From contig CAWIVN010000030.1 of NCBI GenBank assembly GCA_963839515.1, positions 32,040-96,039 of the forward strand: DNA of 64,000 nt, given 5' to 3'. Below are positions 21,491 to 31,428 of this stretch, in pieces. Source of the stretch: an uncultured Chloroflexia bacterium (GTDB taxonomy: Bacteria > Chloroflexota > Anaerolineae > Caldilineales > Caldilineaceae). The translations under genes and the position numbers were made by a program. The notes below the pieces were generated by a model. The model was given only the letters and a program-made list of their open reading frames with translations. It was not told the origin of the DNA and searched no databases. Every line of letters begins with the position of its first letter. Positions within the stretch are counted from its first letter, which is position 1.

Positions 21491-21963
21491 AATTGGGCGC
21501 TGTATTGCTGCTGAATATTTTGGTGGCCTTGGTGTGGCAGGCGATGCAGCCGGTGGCGGGACCGGGCGACTATATTCTGGGCTTTGTCGTCGGCTTCCTG
21601 ATGCTGGCGATCCTCTATCGGCCGTATGGCCGACGCACGTGGGCGGCGTCGACCTATGCCGTGTTCCTGGTGTGGGAGATCGTGAAGAGCAGCTTCCAGG
21701 TTGCGGGCATCATCCTATCGCCGCATGCCCACCTGCGCCAGGGAATCGTGGCCATTCCGGTGGAACCATGCACGGACTTCGAGTTGGCGCTGCTTGCCTC
21801 GTCGATCACGTTAACGCCGGGAACATTGAGCATAGACGTGGAGAAGACTGCCAGCGGGCAGCGGGTGCTGTATGTACATAACCTGGTCGTGGACGACCCG
21901 GAAGAGATGCGGCGCCAGATTAAGGCTGATTTCGAGCGGCGTATCATGCGCTTTACGCGTTAG
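21487..21963 (+). CDS. mrpE: Mrp antiporter subunit E
   Basis: MKLGAVLLLNILVALVWQ ...; ATGA overlap with the mrpD stop; size and hydrophobicity typical of MrpE. Confidence 0.7.
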
Positions 21964-21974
21964 GGAGTGGGTAA

Positions 21975-22265
21975 ATGAGTTACGATGCGTGGTTGATGGT
22001 GTTGCTAACGCTGCTCGGTGTGTCGCTGCTGCTGTGCTTTATCCGGTTGTACATTGGCCCAAATCCGCCCAACCGTACGGTTGCGTTTGACACGATCGCT
22101 ATTCACGCCGTCGGCATCATGGCCCTGTACACGATGATCTATGATGTGCCTTCGCTGTTTGACGCCGCCATCATTATCGCCGTGCTCGGCTTTGTGGGAA
22201 CGATGATGTTTGCCCGCTACATGGAACGGGCGAACTTGCAGGATTGGGAACGAGACGACCACTAG
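21975..22265 (+). CDS. mrpF: Mrp antiporter subunit F
   Basis: 96 aa; LRLYIGPNPPNRTVAFDTIAIHAVGIMAL is typical of MrpF/PhaF. Confidence 0.7.
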   Translation: MSYDAWLMVLLTLLGVSLLLCFIRLYIGPNPPNRTVAFDTIAIHAVGIMALYTMIYDVPSLFDAAIIIAVLGFVGTMMFARYMERANLQDWERDDH

Positions 22266-22283
22266 CGATGGAGACGCCATAAA

Positions 22284-22640
22284 GTGTCATTGCAGGAATC
22301 AGCGGCAGTCATCCTGGCCGCAATCGGCGTGGTATTCATGTTGATCAGCGCCATCGGCCTGCTACGTTTGCCGGATGTGTTTTCGCGCATGCATGCGGCG
22401 GGCAAGGCATCAACCGTGGGCGTAAGTTGCCTGCTGCTCGCAGCCGGGGTACATTTCTGGGACCAGAACCTATTCTTCCGCATGGTGCTGCTGATAGCGC
22501 TGGTATTCGCCACGGCCCCGATATCGACTGCGGCAATGGCACGTGCGGCGTATAAGACGGGGACGCCCAAAGGGATGCACTTGCAGATCGACGAGATGGG
22601 CGACAAGGAAATTCCCAAGCCGGCAACCGGAACGGACTAA
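22284..22640 (+). CDS. mrpG: Mrp antiporter subunit G
   Basis: 118 aa; LLRLPDVFSRMHAAGKASTVG matches the MnhG motif. Confidence 0.7.
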   Translation: MSLQESAAVILAAIGVVFMLISAIGLLRLPDVFSRMHAAGKASTVGVSCLLLAAGVHFWDQNLFFRMVLLIALVFATAPISTAAMARAAYKTGTPKGMHLQIDEMGDKEIPKPATGTD

Positions 22641-22646
22641 CAACTA

Positions 22647-23864
22647 ATGGATGCAATACATTCCAGCGGTCTTGCTATTGAGAGCTTTGGTGAAACGATG
22701 GCATTTGATTTTGACAATGCGCCCGAGCGGCGCGGGACAGACAGCGCCAAGTGGGCCTACTTTGGGCCGGATGTACTGCCGATGTGGGTGGCGGACATGG
22801 ATTTTGCTTCGCCGCCTGCAATCAAGGAGGCGCTGCAAGAGCGCGTAGCGCATGGGGTATTTGGCTACGGCTGGGATAGCGCCAAGCTGCGGGCAGCAGT
22901 GGTGGAGCGCATGGCGCGGCTCTATGACTGGAGCATTGAAGCGAGCGACATCTTCTTCCTGCCGGGGCTTGTCAGCGGGCTAAACGTGGTGAGCCGGGCG
23001 ATTGGCGAGCCAGGCGACGGTGTAGTCGTGCACAAACCAGTATATGGGCCGTTCTTGAGCGCGCCGGTCAACCAGGGGCGCACGTTGCAGGTTGCGCCCC
23101 TAAAGCTGCACAGCGAGGGCCAGCGCCTGCACTACACGGTGGACTTCGAACGATTTGAGGAGGTCGTAGACGATTCGACGCGCATGTTCATCCTCTGCAA
23201 CCCGCACAACCCGGTCGGCCGTGCCTTCCGCCGCGACGAGTTACTGCAGATGGCAGATATATGCGAGCGACACAATCTGGTGATTTGCTCAGACGAAATT
23301 CACTGCGACCTGTTAATGGAAGACACGAAGCATATTCCAGTCGCCAGCCTGTCGTCCGAAATTGCGCAGCGCACGATCACGCTGATGGCGCCGAGCAAGA
23401 CTTTCAACGTGCCGGGTTTGGGATTCAGCATGGCGATCATTCAGAACGTCGAAATGCGCAAGCAGATCGAAAAGACGGCAATGGGCATCGTGCCGCATGC
23501 CAACATCTTGGGGGTAGTCGCCGCCGAGGCGGCCTATACGCGCTGCGACGATTGGCTGCGCGAGCTGAATGCCTATCTGACCGCCAACCGGGATTACGCC
23601 GTCGCCTATTTGCAGCGCGAACTGCCCGCCGCGCGCATGACCTGCCCGGAAGCGACCTACCTGCTGTGGGTGGACTGCCGCGAGCTTGGCATCGAAGGAA
23701 CGCCGAGCGATTTCTTTCTCAAGCAGGCCAAGGTAGCGAGCAACGACGGGAAATGGTTTGGGGAAGAGGGCGAAGGATTTGTGCGCCTGAATTATGGCTG
23801 CCCGCGCCACATACTGCAGAAGGGGCTGGAGATGCTCGTGGAGTCTGTTCGCAATGGTCAATGA
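22647..23864 (+). CDS. PLP-dependent class I/II aminotransferase of the MalY/PatB C-S lyase type
   Basis: RRGTDSAKW ... WVADMDF ... SKTFNVPGLGFS (PLP-Lys region). The ATG at 22698 is an alternative start. Confidence 0.75.
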   Translation: MDAIHSSGLAIESFGETMAFDFDNAPERRGTDSAKWAYFGPDVLPMWVADMDFASPPAIKEALQERVAHGVFGYGWDSAKLRAAVVERMARLYDWSIEASDIFFLPGLVSGLNVVSRAIGEPGDGVVVHKPVYGPFLSAPVNQGRTLQVAPLKLHSEGQRLHYTVDFERFEEVVDDSTRMFILCNPHNPVGRAFRRDELLQMADICERHNLVICSDEIHCDLLMEDTKHIPVASLSSEIAQRTITLMAPSKTFNVPGLGFSMAIIQNVEMRKQIEKTAMGIVPHANILGVVAAEAAYTRCDDWLRELNAYLTANRDYAVAYLQRELPAARMTCPEATYLLWVDCRELGIEGTPSDFFLKQAKVASNDGKWFGEEGEGFVRLNYGCPRHILQKGLEMLVESVRNGQ

Positions 23865-24891
23865 CTTCTTGAATGTAGCACTACAATTTACCCCACTGCT
23901 CGCCATTCTCCTGTTCGCCAACTGGGGCGAGCGGCTGCGCCAGCGGGATGTCCCTTACATGGCCCCTGTCGTCGTCAGCTATGTTGCCACCGCCCTGCTC
24001 TATATTGCAGCCTTTGTTTTCGGCCTCATTTTTCTGCTCACCGCCACCATGCCCGCGGCGCCGATTCCGATCGAGTCGCCGGCGTGGCTTGTCTTTGGCG
24101 TCCTCGTACCCAGCGTAATCGGCTTGCTTCTGCTGCTGAAGCCCGCGCGACGCCTCGTCGCCCGTTTCACCAATTTGGAGCCGGATCATCCCGTCCACAC
24201 GGTGGCGCTGGCGCTGACGATGACGCCCATTCTCAACCAAGGCCTGACGCTTGGCATCGGTCTTGAGACACTGACCAACCTCATCAGCCAGCAGGCGGAG
24301 CAGACCGGCATGGCACCGATTTCGCTGGCGAGCCTGTGGGCGCAAAACATCATGTTTGTGCTGATGGCCTTGATAGGCGTAGGCTGGCTCACGCGCCTTA
24401 CCTTTGGCGAGTCGCTGCGGCGGCTTGGGATCGTGCGGCCCAGTGGCCGCGATATTATGATCGGTGTGGCCGCCGCGCTGGTGTTGATTCCAGTGATCCC
24501 CATCCTGCTTGGGTTGCTTGGCAACGCGGGCATGGGCGTAGATCAAGACGTCGAGTCATTGACCGAGGTGTTGACGGGTGCGTTATTTGCGACGCCGCTG
24601 GGAATTCTCTCGGTCGGCCTTGCGCCGGGCATTGGCGAGGAGTCGATCTTCCGCGGCGCGATGCAACCGCGCTTTGGCCTGGTGCTTACTTCGATCTTGT
24701 TTGCCCTGGTACATGGGCAGTATGGGCTCTCGTTGGCGACGCTGGTCGTGTTTGGCCTTGGTCTCGTGCTGGGCATCGTGCGCAACCGCACCAACACGAC
24801 TACGTCCATGCTCACGCATGCGCTGTACAACTCGGGTACTGCCTTGCTGGCTTACCTGGGCATCCAGTTCCTGAGCCAACAGCGGCCCTAG
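23854..24891 (+). CDS. CPBP / CAAX-type intramembrane metalloprotease family protein
   Basis: Motifs GIGEESIFRG (EExxxR) and FALVHG in a multi-transmembrane protein. Confidence 0.7.
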   Translation: MVNDFLNVALQFTPLLAILLFANWGERLRQRDVPYMAPVVVSYVATALLYIAAFVFGLIFLLTATMPAAPIPIESPAWLVFGVLVPSVIGLLLLLKPARRLVARFTNLEPDHPVHTVALALTMTPILNQGLTLGIGLETLTNLISQQAEQTGMAPISLASLWAQNIMFVLMALIGVGWLTRLTFGESLRRLGIVRPSGRDIMIGVAAALVLIPVIPILLGLLGNAGMGVDQDVESLTEVLTGALFATPLGILSVGLAPGIGEESIFRGAMQPRFGLVLTSILFALVHGQYGLSLATLVVFGLGLVLGIVRNRTNTTTSMLTHALYNSGTALLAYLGIQFLSQQRP

Positions 24892-24902
24892 AAGCCATGC
24901 TG

Positions 24903-25208
24903 TTACCAGCCAGCCTCCGCCGGAAACACGTCCGTAAAGCGTACGGCAGTGCGGGGCTTGGCCATCATCGACGTCACGGTATCGCGCCACACAGCGTAAT
25001 GGGCCGTTTCCTTGTGATCGACGGTTGCTTCTTGCGAGCGGTAGACCTCGTTGAGCACAAAGTGCGTGGGGTCGTCATTGTCCTGGATCACGTCAAAGCG
25101 AGCGATCCCTGCTTCCTGTACACTATTGCGAGCGTTCTCGATAGTGGCGGCCTTGAAGGCTTCGACTGATTCAGGCAAAACATAGACATGTACGTGCACG
25201 ACCAACAT
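24903..25208 (-). CDS. Antibiotic-biosynthesis-monooxygenase (ABM) / Dabb-family small protein
   Basis: 101 aa ferredoxin-like ABM fold (HVHVYV ... [12 protein letters not shown] ... HKETAHY). Confidence 0.6.
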   Translation of the reverse strand: MLVVHVHVYVLPESVEAFKAATIENARNSVQEAGIARFDVIQDNDDPTHFVLNEVYRSQEATVDHKETAHYAVWRDTVTSMMAKPRTAVRFTDVFPAEAGW

Positions 25209-25427
25209 CGTCAGCCTCTCCTTTTTGCGAGCGGATTGTGAAATGCCAGTATCATATCACCTCGACCCTTCTTGCCTACCTTGACGACTCCTGGTATTCG
25301 CCTTACAATCTGTAGGTGCGATATTAGGTTCTGGTTCCCAGCCCTGCCGTGACTTCGCCGCCCAGGAGAGCCGTATGAGCGACCCCCAAAGCTTGCAGCG
25401 CATCCCCGCATCCTCGGAGGAAAGCAC

Positions 25428-26984
25428 ATGAGCAGCAAAGTGTCTTGGCGCAAGGACATGCCGCCGCTGCTGCACTTCCTGGAACAGAAACTTAACCATC
25501 GCGTGCGCGGCCACGACGAAGTCCTCGGCTATGAGCTTTATTTTGTCGATCTTTCCGCGTGGAAACTGCGCTTCTCCAACGCCACACCCGTATTGTGGAT
25601 GAAAGAGAATGACCTTGCCTCGTTCGACAACCCGCGCCAAATTGCGGAGAGCGTGATCGAAGCTGTGCGCATGCGCAACCTGGTCGAGCGCCAGACAATC
25701 GTATTGGTGGACGGCCCCGAAGCGGGACTGCGCGAAGCCTTTCGCATCAGCTTTATGCCCATTATGGTGCTTGACAGCATTGACGTCCACGCCGTAATGG
25801 AATCACGGCGGGCGACCGGCGAATTGCTCGACCGCCTTTGTATTCAGCTTAGTCCGGCGTTGCTTTCGCCCTACGAGATCAGCAAACCTGTTACCGGCTC
25901 GCGCTTTTTCGGCCGCGAGTCGGACCTACGCCGGATCCTATATGGCAGTGACAGCAACTACGCCGTGATGGGCATACGCCGTATCGGCAAGTCTTCGCTG
26001 CTGCGCGAGGTCGAACGCCGGCTGCAGGAACAAGTACAAGAAACCGTGCAGGAGGGCTTTAGCAGCGAGGATATCGCACGCCGCATTTTTTACAAGGACT
26101 GCAGTTCGATCACTTCGTCGGGAGCACTGATGCAGGCCGTGGTCAACCACTTCCATCCGCAGGAGTTGAATCGGCTCAACCACCGCCAGTTTCCCATCTT
26201 TTTCCCGGATTTCATGCGTCGCATGGCCAAGCGCTACGGTGGACAGCTTGTGTTCTTGCTCGACGAGTTCGATGCGCTGCTGCGCGCCGAGTTCGCCAAC
26301 GAGGAGTTGCTCGACCAACTGCGCGCTTCCAGTAACGAGGGCAGCTGCCGCTTCATTTTTGCCGGCTTCCGCGACTTGCTCAACGAGACTAGCAGCCTGA
26401 GCTCGCCGTTCTTCAATTTCGCCAAACCCCTGCGGCTCAAGGAGTTTAGTCGCGAGGACGCTGCCAGCCTCATTCTCATGCCACTTGAGAGCTTGCGCAT
26501 CCGACTCGAACGCCGCGAAGAAATTATAGACATAATTTACGGCGAAACCGCTGGTCAGCCCAACCTGATCCAATATTACTGTTCCTACTTGGTGGACAAG
26601 CTCGACCGTAGCGGCAATCGTGCGGTTTCGCCCGAGGATGTAGCGGGCGTGCCTGACGACGAAAACTTCCGATCGTTTCTGGTCAACACCTTTATGGACA
26701 ATACCGATCACCTGGAGAAGGCGCTGGTCTTCTCACTGATTCTTTTTGACCCAGTGAGCGAAAAACGCTACGACCTGGAAATGATCGATCAGGCGCTGCG
26801 CAAGGGTGGAATCGACACACGTTTCCTACAGCTGGAGCGAGCCTGCCGCAACCTTGAGCTCACGGGCATTTTGGACAAGCGCGGCCGACACTACCATTTT
26901 GCCATCCCAGTTTTCCCCCGCGTGTTGCGTGCGAACTACAACATAAAGTATCTGCTCGGCAAGATCCGTTATGAGGGTATATAG
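25428..26984 (+). CDS. P-loop ATPase of AAA_16 / Arch_ATPase (DUF234) type with a C-terminal winged-helix domain and an uncharacterised 150-aa N-terminal domain
   Basis: FFGRESDLRRI ... Walker A GIRRIGKSSLL ... Walker B LVFLLDEFD; C-terminal wHTH-like segment. Confidence 0.6.
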   Translation: MSSKVSWRKDMPPLLHFLEQKLNHRVRGHDEVLGYELYFVDLSAWKLRFSNATPVLWMKENDLASFDNPRQIAESVIEAVRMRNLVERQTIVLVDGPEAGLREAFRISFMPIMVLDSIDVHAVMESRRATGELLDRLCIQLSPALLSPYEISKPVTGSRFFGRESDLRRILYGSDSNYAVMGIRRIGKSSLLREVERRLQEQVQETVQEGFSSEDIARRIFYKDCSSITSSGALMQAVVNHFHPQELNRLNHRQFPIFFPDFMRRMAKRYGGQLVFLLDEFDALLRAEFANEELLDQLRASSNEGSCRFIFAGFRDLLNETSSLSSPFFNFAKPLRLKEFSREDAASLILMPLESLRIRLERREEIIDIIYGETAGQPNLIQYYCSYLVDKLDRSGNRAVSPEDVAGVPDDENFRSFLVNTFMDNTDHLEKALVFSLILFDPVSEKRYDLEMIDQALRKGGIDTRFLQLERACRNLELTGILDKRGRHYHFAIPVFPRVLRANYNIKYLLGKIRYEGI

Positions 26985-29828
26985 GTGAACAACTGGCCCT
27001 CCGAACCAACCGGCAGCTGGGAACTCACTCCATATGCGGGCGACAGCCAGTTCAAGCGGCAGCGTCTGCGCCATCTCGATCGCATTCGCCAAGTAGTCGA
27101 ACACGTCCGTCAGCATGATTATGTCGTGCTCCTCGGCCCCGCCTACAGCGAAAAGACGCGACTGCTCAACGACGTGGACGAAAAGCTCGCCGCTAGCGAC
27201 CTTTATACACCGATCTATGTCAATCTCTGGCGCGTGCGCACCGACGACGAGGCGGCGTTCTTTTCTAGCCTGGCCCAGGTGATCTGTCGATCCGAGCGCA
27301 TCTGCGGTCAGCCCTATGCCGATATGGAGCGGGCAGATCGCACCTATGACGGAGGAAGTTTTCGTTCCTTTCTAGACACGATCGCGCAGCATCACGACCG
27401 GCATGTGGTGCTGCTAATTGACCATTTACAGGTGCTGCCGCAGGATTTGACGCACCGCCTGCTGCAGTTGTTGCGCGCTGCCTACATGGAGCGCCAGCCT
27501 ACTGCCCAACACCAGGTCGACGTCGTCGTGGCGGGAAGCGCCGCCTTGGCTGAACTCTCGCATGACAGCACCTCGCCCTTCAACATGGCGCACCCCGTGT
27601 TTCAAGGGCCACTCACAGTTGACGCTTCGCTGGCACTAACCCGCGCCAACTTGGACGCTGCGGGAACACCATACTCGCCGGGAGCGGCTGAGCGCTGCGT
27701 TTACTGGGCTGGTGGCGACAGCTACCTCATCCCGCAATTGATCAGCTTGTGCCAAGAGAAACTCCAAGGCTATCGTAATCAGCGCATTACTCGCACGGTC
27801 GTGGATCATACCGCCGAAGAGTTTGTCGCTGATCTACCATGCGATCCGATGCGGGCAGCTATTCAGGTGATCGAAGAAGACCCAGATACATTGCTCGACA
27901 TCGTCACGCTGCTGCGCGAGGCAGTGCTGCCGCGCAACCAGGCACACCAGACAATCCTGCGCACCGGACTGGATCGCCTGCAATTGTCCGGGGCCGTCGT
28001 ACTGGATGGGGACAGCTACCACATCAAGAATGAGATATACCGCCGCGTGCTACACCGTCATTTCGTACAAGGACGTGTTGCCCATGTGCTGCGCATGAAC
28101 GGGCGATGGGAGGAGGCAATTCAGTACCTATCGACCGAACTAGAGAGCGAACCGCTTGCACCCAGCGACATCGAGGCCAGCCGCACGGTTCTTCTAGACG
28201 CAATCGTCCAGTCAATCTATGCGGCCGGCCGCGAGGAAGATGCCTATCGAGCGTTGCTGGAGGGCATTCACCTGGGTTTCCATCTCTCAGGGGTACGCGT
28301 CTATCGCGCCTACGCCGGCCGCGGCGAACTGCGCCTGGTTGAAAGCGACGACGAAATTACCCCGGCGGATGCGGTCATCGACCTCAACGATGTTGCGCAA
28401 GCCGAAGTGCGCACGTTTCGTGGTGGTGACTATGCTCTGCGCGGCGAGATGGGAAGCAAACGGCTGTTGGCAGCATTGACGCCGGAACGGCGGCCTATCG
28501 GCATGGTTACCATCGATCACTTTAGCGCCGAAACCGAACCTCACGTCTATCCACCCCATCTCTTTGCCTTGCTGCGGTTTCTGCGCCACGCATCCAGCGC
28601 CATCGAGAACGTCATGATGCGCAGCGCTATTCAAGAGATCGGTCGGGCCGTACTCAACGCCAGCACGCTCACCTCCAACCTGGACCACGTGCTGCAGGTC
28701 GTGCTTAACGCCACGGGCGGAGACGCCGCGCAATTGCACTTACTTGACGCAGAGTACGCCCATCTGACACGTTTTGTTCACACTGGAGACATGGCAGCGG
28801 TTCGCGATGCCGGCGAGGCGCGTATTGAGCTGGAGTTGAGCAACCACCCGGCAGTACAGGCACTACGCAATAATACACTCACGCCATCACGCCAGGCTAC
28901 GCCGCCAGGAATGTATGCCTATCTGCCGCTTGTAGCTGGTGGCAATCAACTTGGCGTGCTTGTGCTCTTCTTTGGCGGTTTACACAGTGGTCTCAGCGCC
29001 GAAGATCGCAAAACATTGGAGACTTTTGCTGACCAGGTTGCGATTGCAGTGCACAACATGCAGTTGCTACGCCGTACCGACGACGCCCTGCAGGAGAAAG
29101 TACGGCAGCTTGACGCCCTGCGGCGCCAGGCCGTCCAGGAACGCGACCAGGAGTTGCAGGATGTGGCAACCGCACTCGTCCATCGCATTGGTGGCGCGAC
29201 CGGCGATATTCCCGTTCACCTGGCGCGTGTACGTGCGGCAGTCGCGAACGAGAGTGAGGAACAGATCGCCGCGCGCAGCGAGGTGTTTGATGCACTCGAA
29301 CACGTGGAAAAACGCATCCAGCACGTGCAAGACCTGCTGCCGTCGCTAGAGGAGATTGCGAACCTGGCTGCGGTCAGCTTCCGGCCCGTGGAGCTGTCGG
29401 GCCTGCTGGAGGAATTGGTAAACGAATTGGTGTCTAGTCCCGGCGTAGTCGAAGCGGACCTGGCTGTCGACAAGGATGTCATCGTCGAAGGCAGCCGCAC
29501 CTTGCTGCGCGATGCCTTGCGCTCGCTGCTGGAGAACGGCTACGAGGCCATGCCGCGTGGCGGCACGTTAACCGTACGCGTCACCAAACTGCCGGGAGGG
29601 CACGTCCAGATTCGCATCGAAGATACGGGGGTGGGCATTGCTGATAAGCACAAGAGCAAGATGTTTCAGCTAGGCTTTAGCACCAAGGGAGGACGCAGGC
29701 GCAACCGTGGACGGGGTATGTTCACCTGCCGAGCTATCGTGCGCAAACATGGCGGGGAAATCGCCATCGATTCGCGCGAGGGCCACGGTACAGTCGTCAC
29801 GATAGTACTGCCACTCCTGGGAGTCTAG
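26985..29828 (+). CDS. Cytoplasmic sensor histidine kinase: N-terminal P-loop ATPase domain (paralog of the upstream ATPase) + GAF domains + HisKA-like/HATPase_c
   Basis: VVLLGPAYSEKTRLL (Walker A-like), VVLLIDHLQ (Walker B-like). C-terminal HATPase_c (LLENGYEAM ... IEDTGVGI ... GRGRGMF ... HGGEIAI). No transmembrane segments. The GTG start abuts the upstream stop. Confidence 0.7.
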   Translation: MNNWPSEPTGSWELTPYAGDSQFKRQRLRHLDRIRQVVEHVRQHDYVVLLGPAYSEKTRLLNDVDEKLAASDLYTPIYVNLWRVRTDDEAAFFSSLAQVICRSERICGQPYADMERADRTYDGGSFRSFLDTIAQHHDRHVVLLIDHLQVLPQDLTHRLLQLLRAAYMERQPTAQHQVDVVVAGSAALAELSHDSTSPFNMAHPVFQGPLTVDASLALTRANLDAAGTPYSPGAAERCVYWAGGDSYLIPQLISLCQEKLQGYRNQRITRTVVDHTAEEFVADLPCDPMRAAIQVIEEDPDTLLDIVTLLREAVLPRNQAHQTILRTGLDRLQLSGAVVLDGDSYHIKNEIYRRVLHRHFVQGRVAHVLRMNGRWEEAIQYLSTELESEPLAPSDIEASRTVLLDAIVQSIYAAGREEDAYRALLEGIHLGFHLSGVRVYRAYAGRGELRLVESDDEITPADAVIDLNDVAQAEVRTFRGGDYALRGEMGSKRLLAALTPERRPIGMVTIDHFSAETEPHVYPPHLFALLRFLRHASSAIENVMMRSAIQEIGRAVLNASTLTSNLDHVLQVVLNATGGDAAQLHLLDAEYAHLTRFVHTGDMAAVRDAGEARIELELSNHPAVQALRNNTLTPSRQATPPGMYAYLPLVAGGNQLGVLVLFFGGLHSGLSAEDRKTLETFADQVAIAVHNMQLLRRTDDALQEKVRQLDALRRQAVQERDQELQDVATALVHRIGGATGDIPVHLARVRAAVANESEEQIAARSEVFDALEHVEKRIQHVQDLLPSLEEIANLAAVSFRPVELSGLLEELVNELVSSPGVVEADLAVDKDVIVEGSRTLLRDALRSLLENGYEAMPRGGTLTVRVTKLPGGHVQIRIEDTGVGIADKHKSKMFQLGFSTKGGRRRNRGRGMFTCRAIVRKHGGEIAIDSREGHGTVVTIVLPLLGV

Positions 29829-29859
29829 ACATACCCGTTGGGAAGGAGTCACTGCCGCC

Positions 29860-31428
29860 ATGCAAAATGCACGCATTTTGATTCTCGACGATGATGAACA
29901 GTGGGTTAAGACCTTCCGCACTGTCCTAGATGGAAAGGTTGCCAGTATCGACAGCGTACACAGCTTGGCAGAGGCCATCGACCTGCTCGACAAACGCTAC
30001 TTCAACGTTGCCATCGTGGACCTACGCCTGAATAATGATGACTCGAGCGACGATTCAGGCATGGAGTTTTTGGCCGCGGTCCGGAAACGCGGGTTGGCGG
30101 AGGTATTGGCTCCCATTATGTGCACAGCGTACGGCAACCTTACGAATGCTATAGAAGCCTTGCGCGACTACCAAGTGGTTGATTTTATTAATAAGGGAGA
30201 CTTTCAGGCGGAGTCACTGCTGCTGGCAGTCAGAAAGGCCCTCGAACGGCAGCACTGCGCCAACCATATCGAAATTGAATTGGAAGGGGAGCAGCCGTTT
30301 GCCAGCCTATGGGAAGGTAAAGACTGGGCGCGCAGGGAGGATCCCAAGGAGCTGGCGGCAGAGTTGCACGACCTACTGTGCCGGCTATTTCCGCGTGCTG
30401 ATCACCTGTGGATTCGCCCGCTGGCGGCAGGACAGAGCGGGGCCGGCATACTTGAAGTTGAACCCACATATCGCGCTACCGCCGGCGAGATCGACATCGT
30501 CAAGTTTGGCAAGCGAGATAAGATTCTGCAAGAGGTCGACAACTACACAGAGGGTGTTGATCTCTATGTCAGCAACCAAAGCTCCACCAAGGTCGAAGGC
30601 GCCCATGGCCGCGTGATGGGGGCAATCCGTTACCGATTGATTGGCGCAGGCGACGGCAAGGCCGATTCACTCGCCGACCGTTACCGGAACCACGATGTGG
30701 CCGACGTCTGTGCAGTACTCGACAACCTATTTGGCGTGACCTGCCGGCGCTGGTACGACAATCGCGAGCAGCCCCGGCGTTACCGTGATTTGGTCGGATT
30801 GTACACTGAAGGGCTGCACATTGAGTGGGACGAGGTGTGGAGCGCTGCCGCACACTGCGGCGTCGACGTCAGCCGGCCAAAAATCGAGTTCCCAGGCATT
30901 TCGGGCGATTTCATCAATCCTCGCCATTGGTTAGCGGAGCGCAAACACATCTGCTCGCATCGTGTGTGGCTAGCTTTTACGCACGGCGATCTCAATGAAC
31001 ATAATGTCCTGGTAGCACAAGACCGCCGCTGCTGGCTGATCGACTTCTACCGCACTGGCAAGGGACACATCTTGCGTGACTTTGTAGAATTGGAAACGGC
31101 CTTCAAGTTCGGCTTGACTCAACTTGATAGCTACGCTGACCGAGAACAGTTGGAGAGTCTGCTGCTGGAACAAAAGAGCTTCAAGGAAGAGCTAAGGGTA
31201 GACCAAACTCGCCCCTATGCACGCGCCATCTCTGTGATTGCACACCTACGCTCGCTGGCAGGCGAGGTCCTCGGCTTGGAGCGCGAAATGGAGGAGTATC
31301 AGGTGGCCCTCCTCCTGCAGACACTAAAGCTGCTCAGTCTGAACTTTCTGTACCCAGACGAACGAAGCCGCGGTCATGTTCTGTTGGCGGCCGCCATGAT
31401 CTGCTCTAAGCTAGGCCAGCCAAACTAG
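29860..31428 (+). CDS. Response regulator: REC receiver domain fused to an APH / protein-kinase-like phosphotransferase domain
   Basis: REC domain ILILDDDE ... VAIVDLRL (phospho-Asp) ... CTAY ... FINKG. C-terminal GQSGAGILEV (Gly-rich loop), IVKFGK (Lys), HGDLNEHNVLV (catalytic loop), LIDF (DFG-equivalent). Confidence 0.65.
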   Translation: MQNARILILDDDEQWVKTFRTVLDGKVASIDSVHSLAEAIDLLDKRYFNVAIVDLRLNNDDSSDDSGMEFLAAVRKRGLAEVLAPIMCTAYGNLTNAIEALRDYQVVDFINKGDFQAESLLLAVRKALERQHCANHIEIELEGEQPFASLWEGKDWARREDPKELAAELHDLLCRLFPRADHLWIRPLAAGQSGAGILEVEPTYRATAGEIDIVKFGKRDKILQEVDNYTEGVDLYVSNQSSTKVEGAHGRVMGAIRYRLIGAGDGKADSLADRYRNHDVADVCAVLDNLFGVTCRRWYDNREQPRRYRDLVGLYTEGLHIEWDEVWSAAAHCGVDVSRPKIEFPGISGDFINPRHWLAERKHICSHRVWLAFTHGDLNEHNVLVAQDRRCWLIDFYRTGKGHILRDFVELETAFKFGLTQLDSYADREQLESLLLEQKSFKEELRVDQTRPYARAISVIAHLRSLAGEVLGLEREMEEYQVALLLQTLKLLSLNFLYPDERSRGHVLLAAAMICSKLGQPN

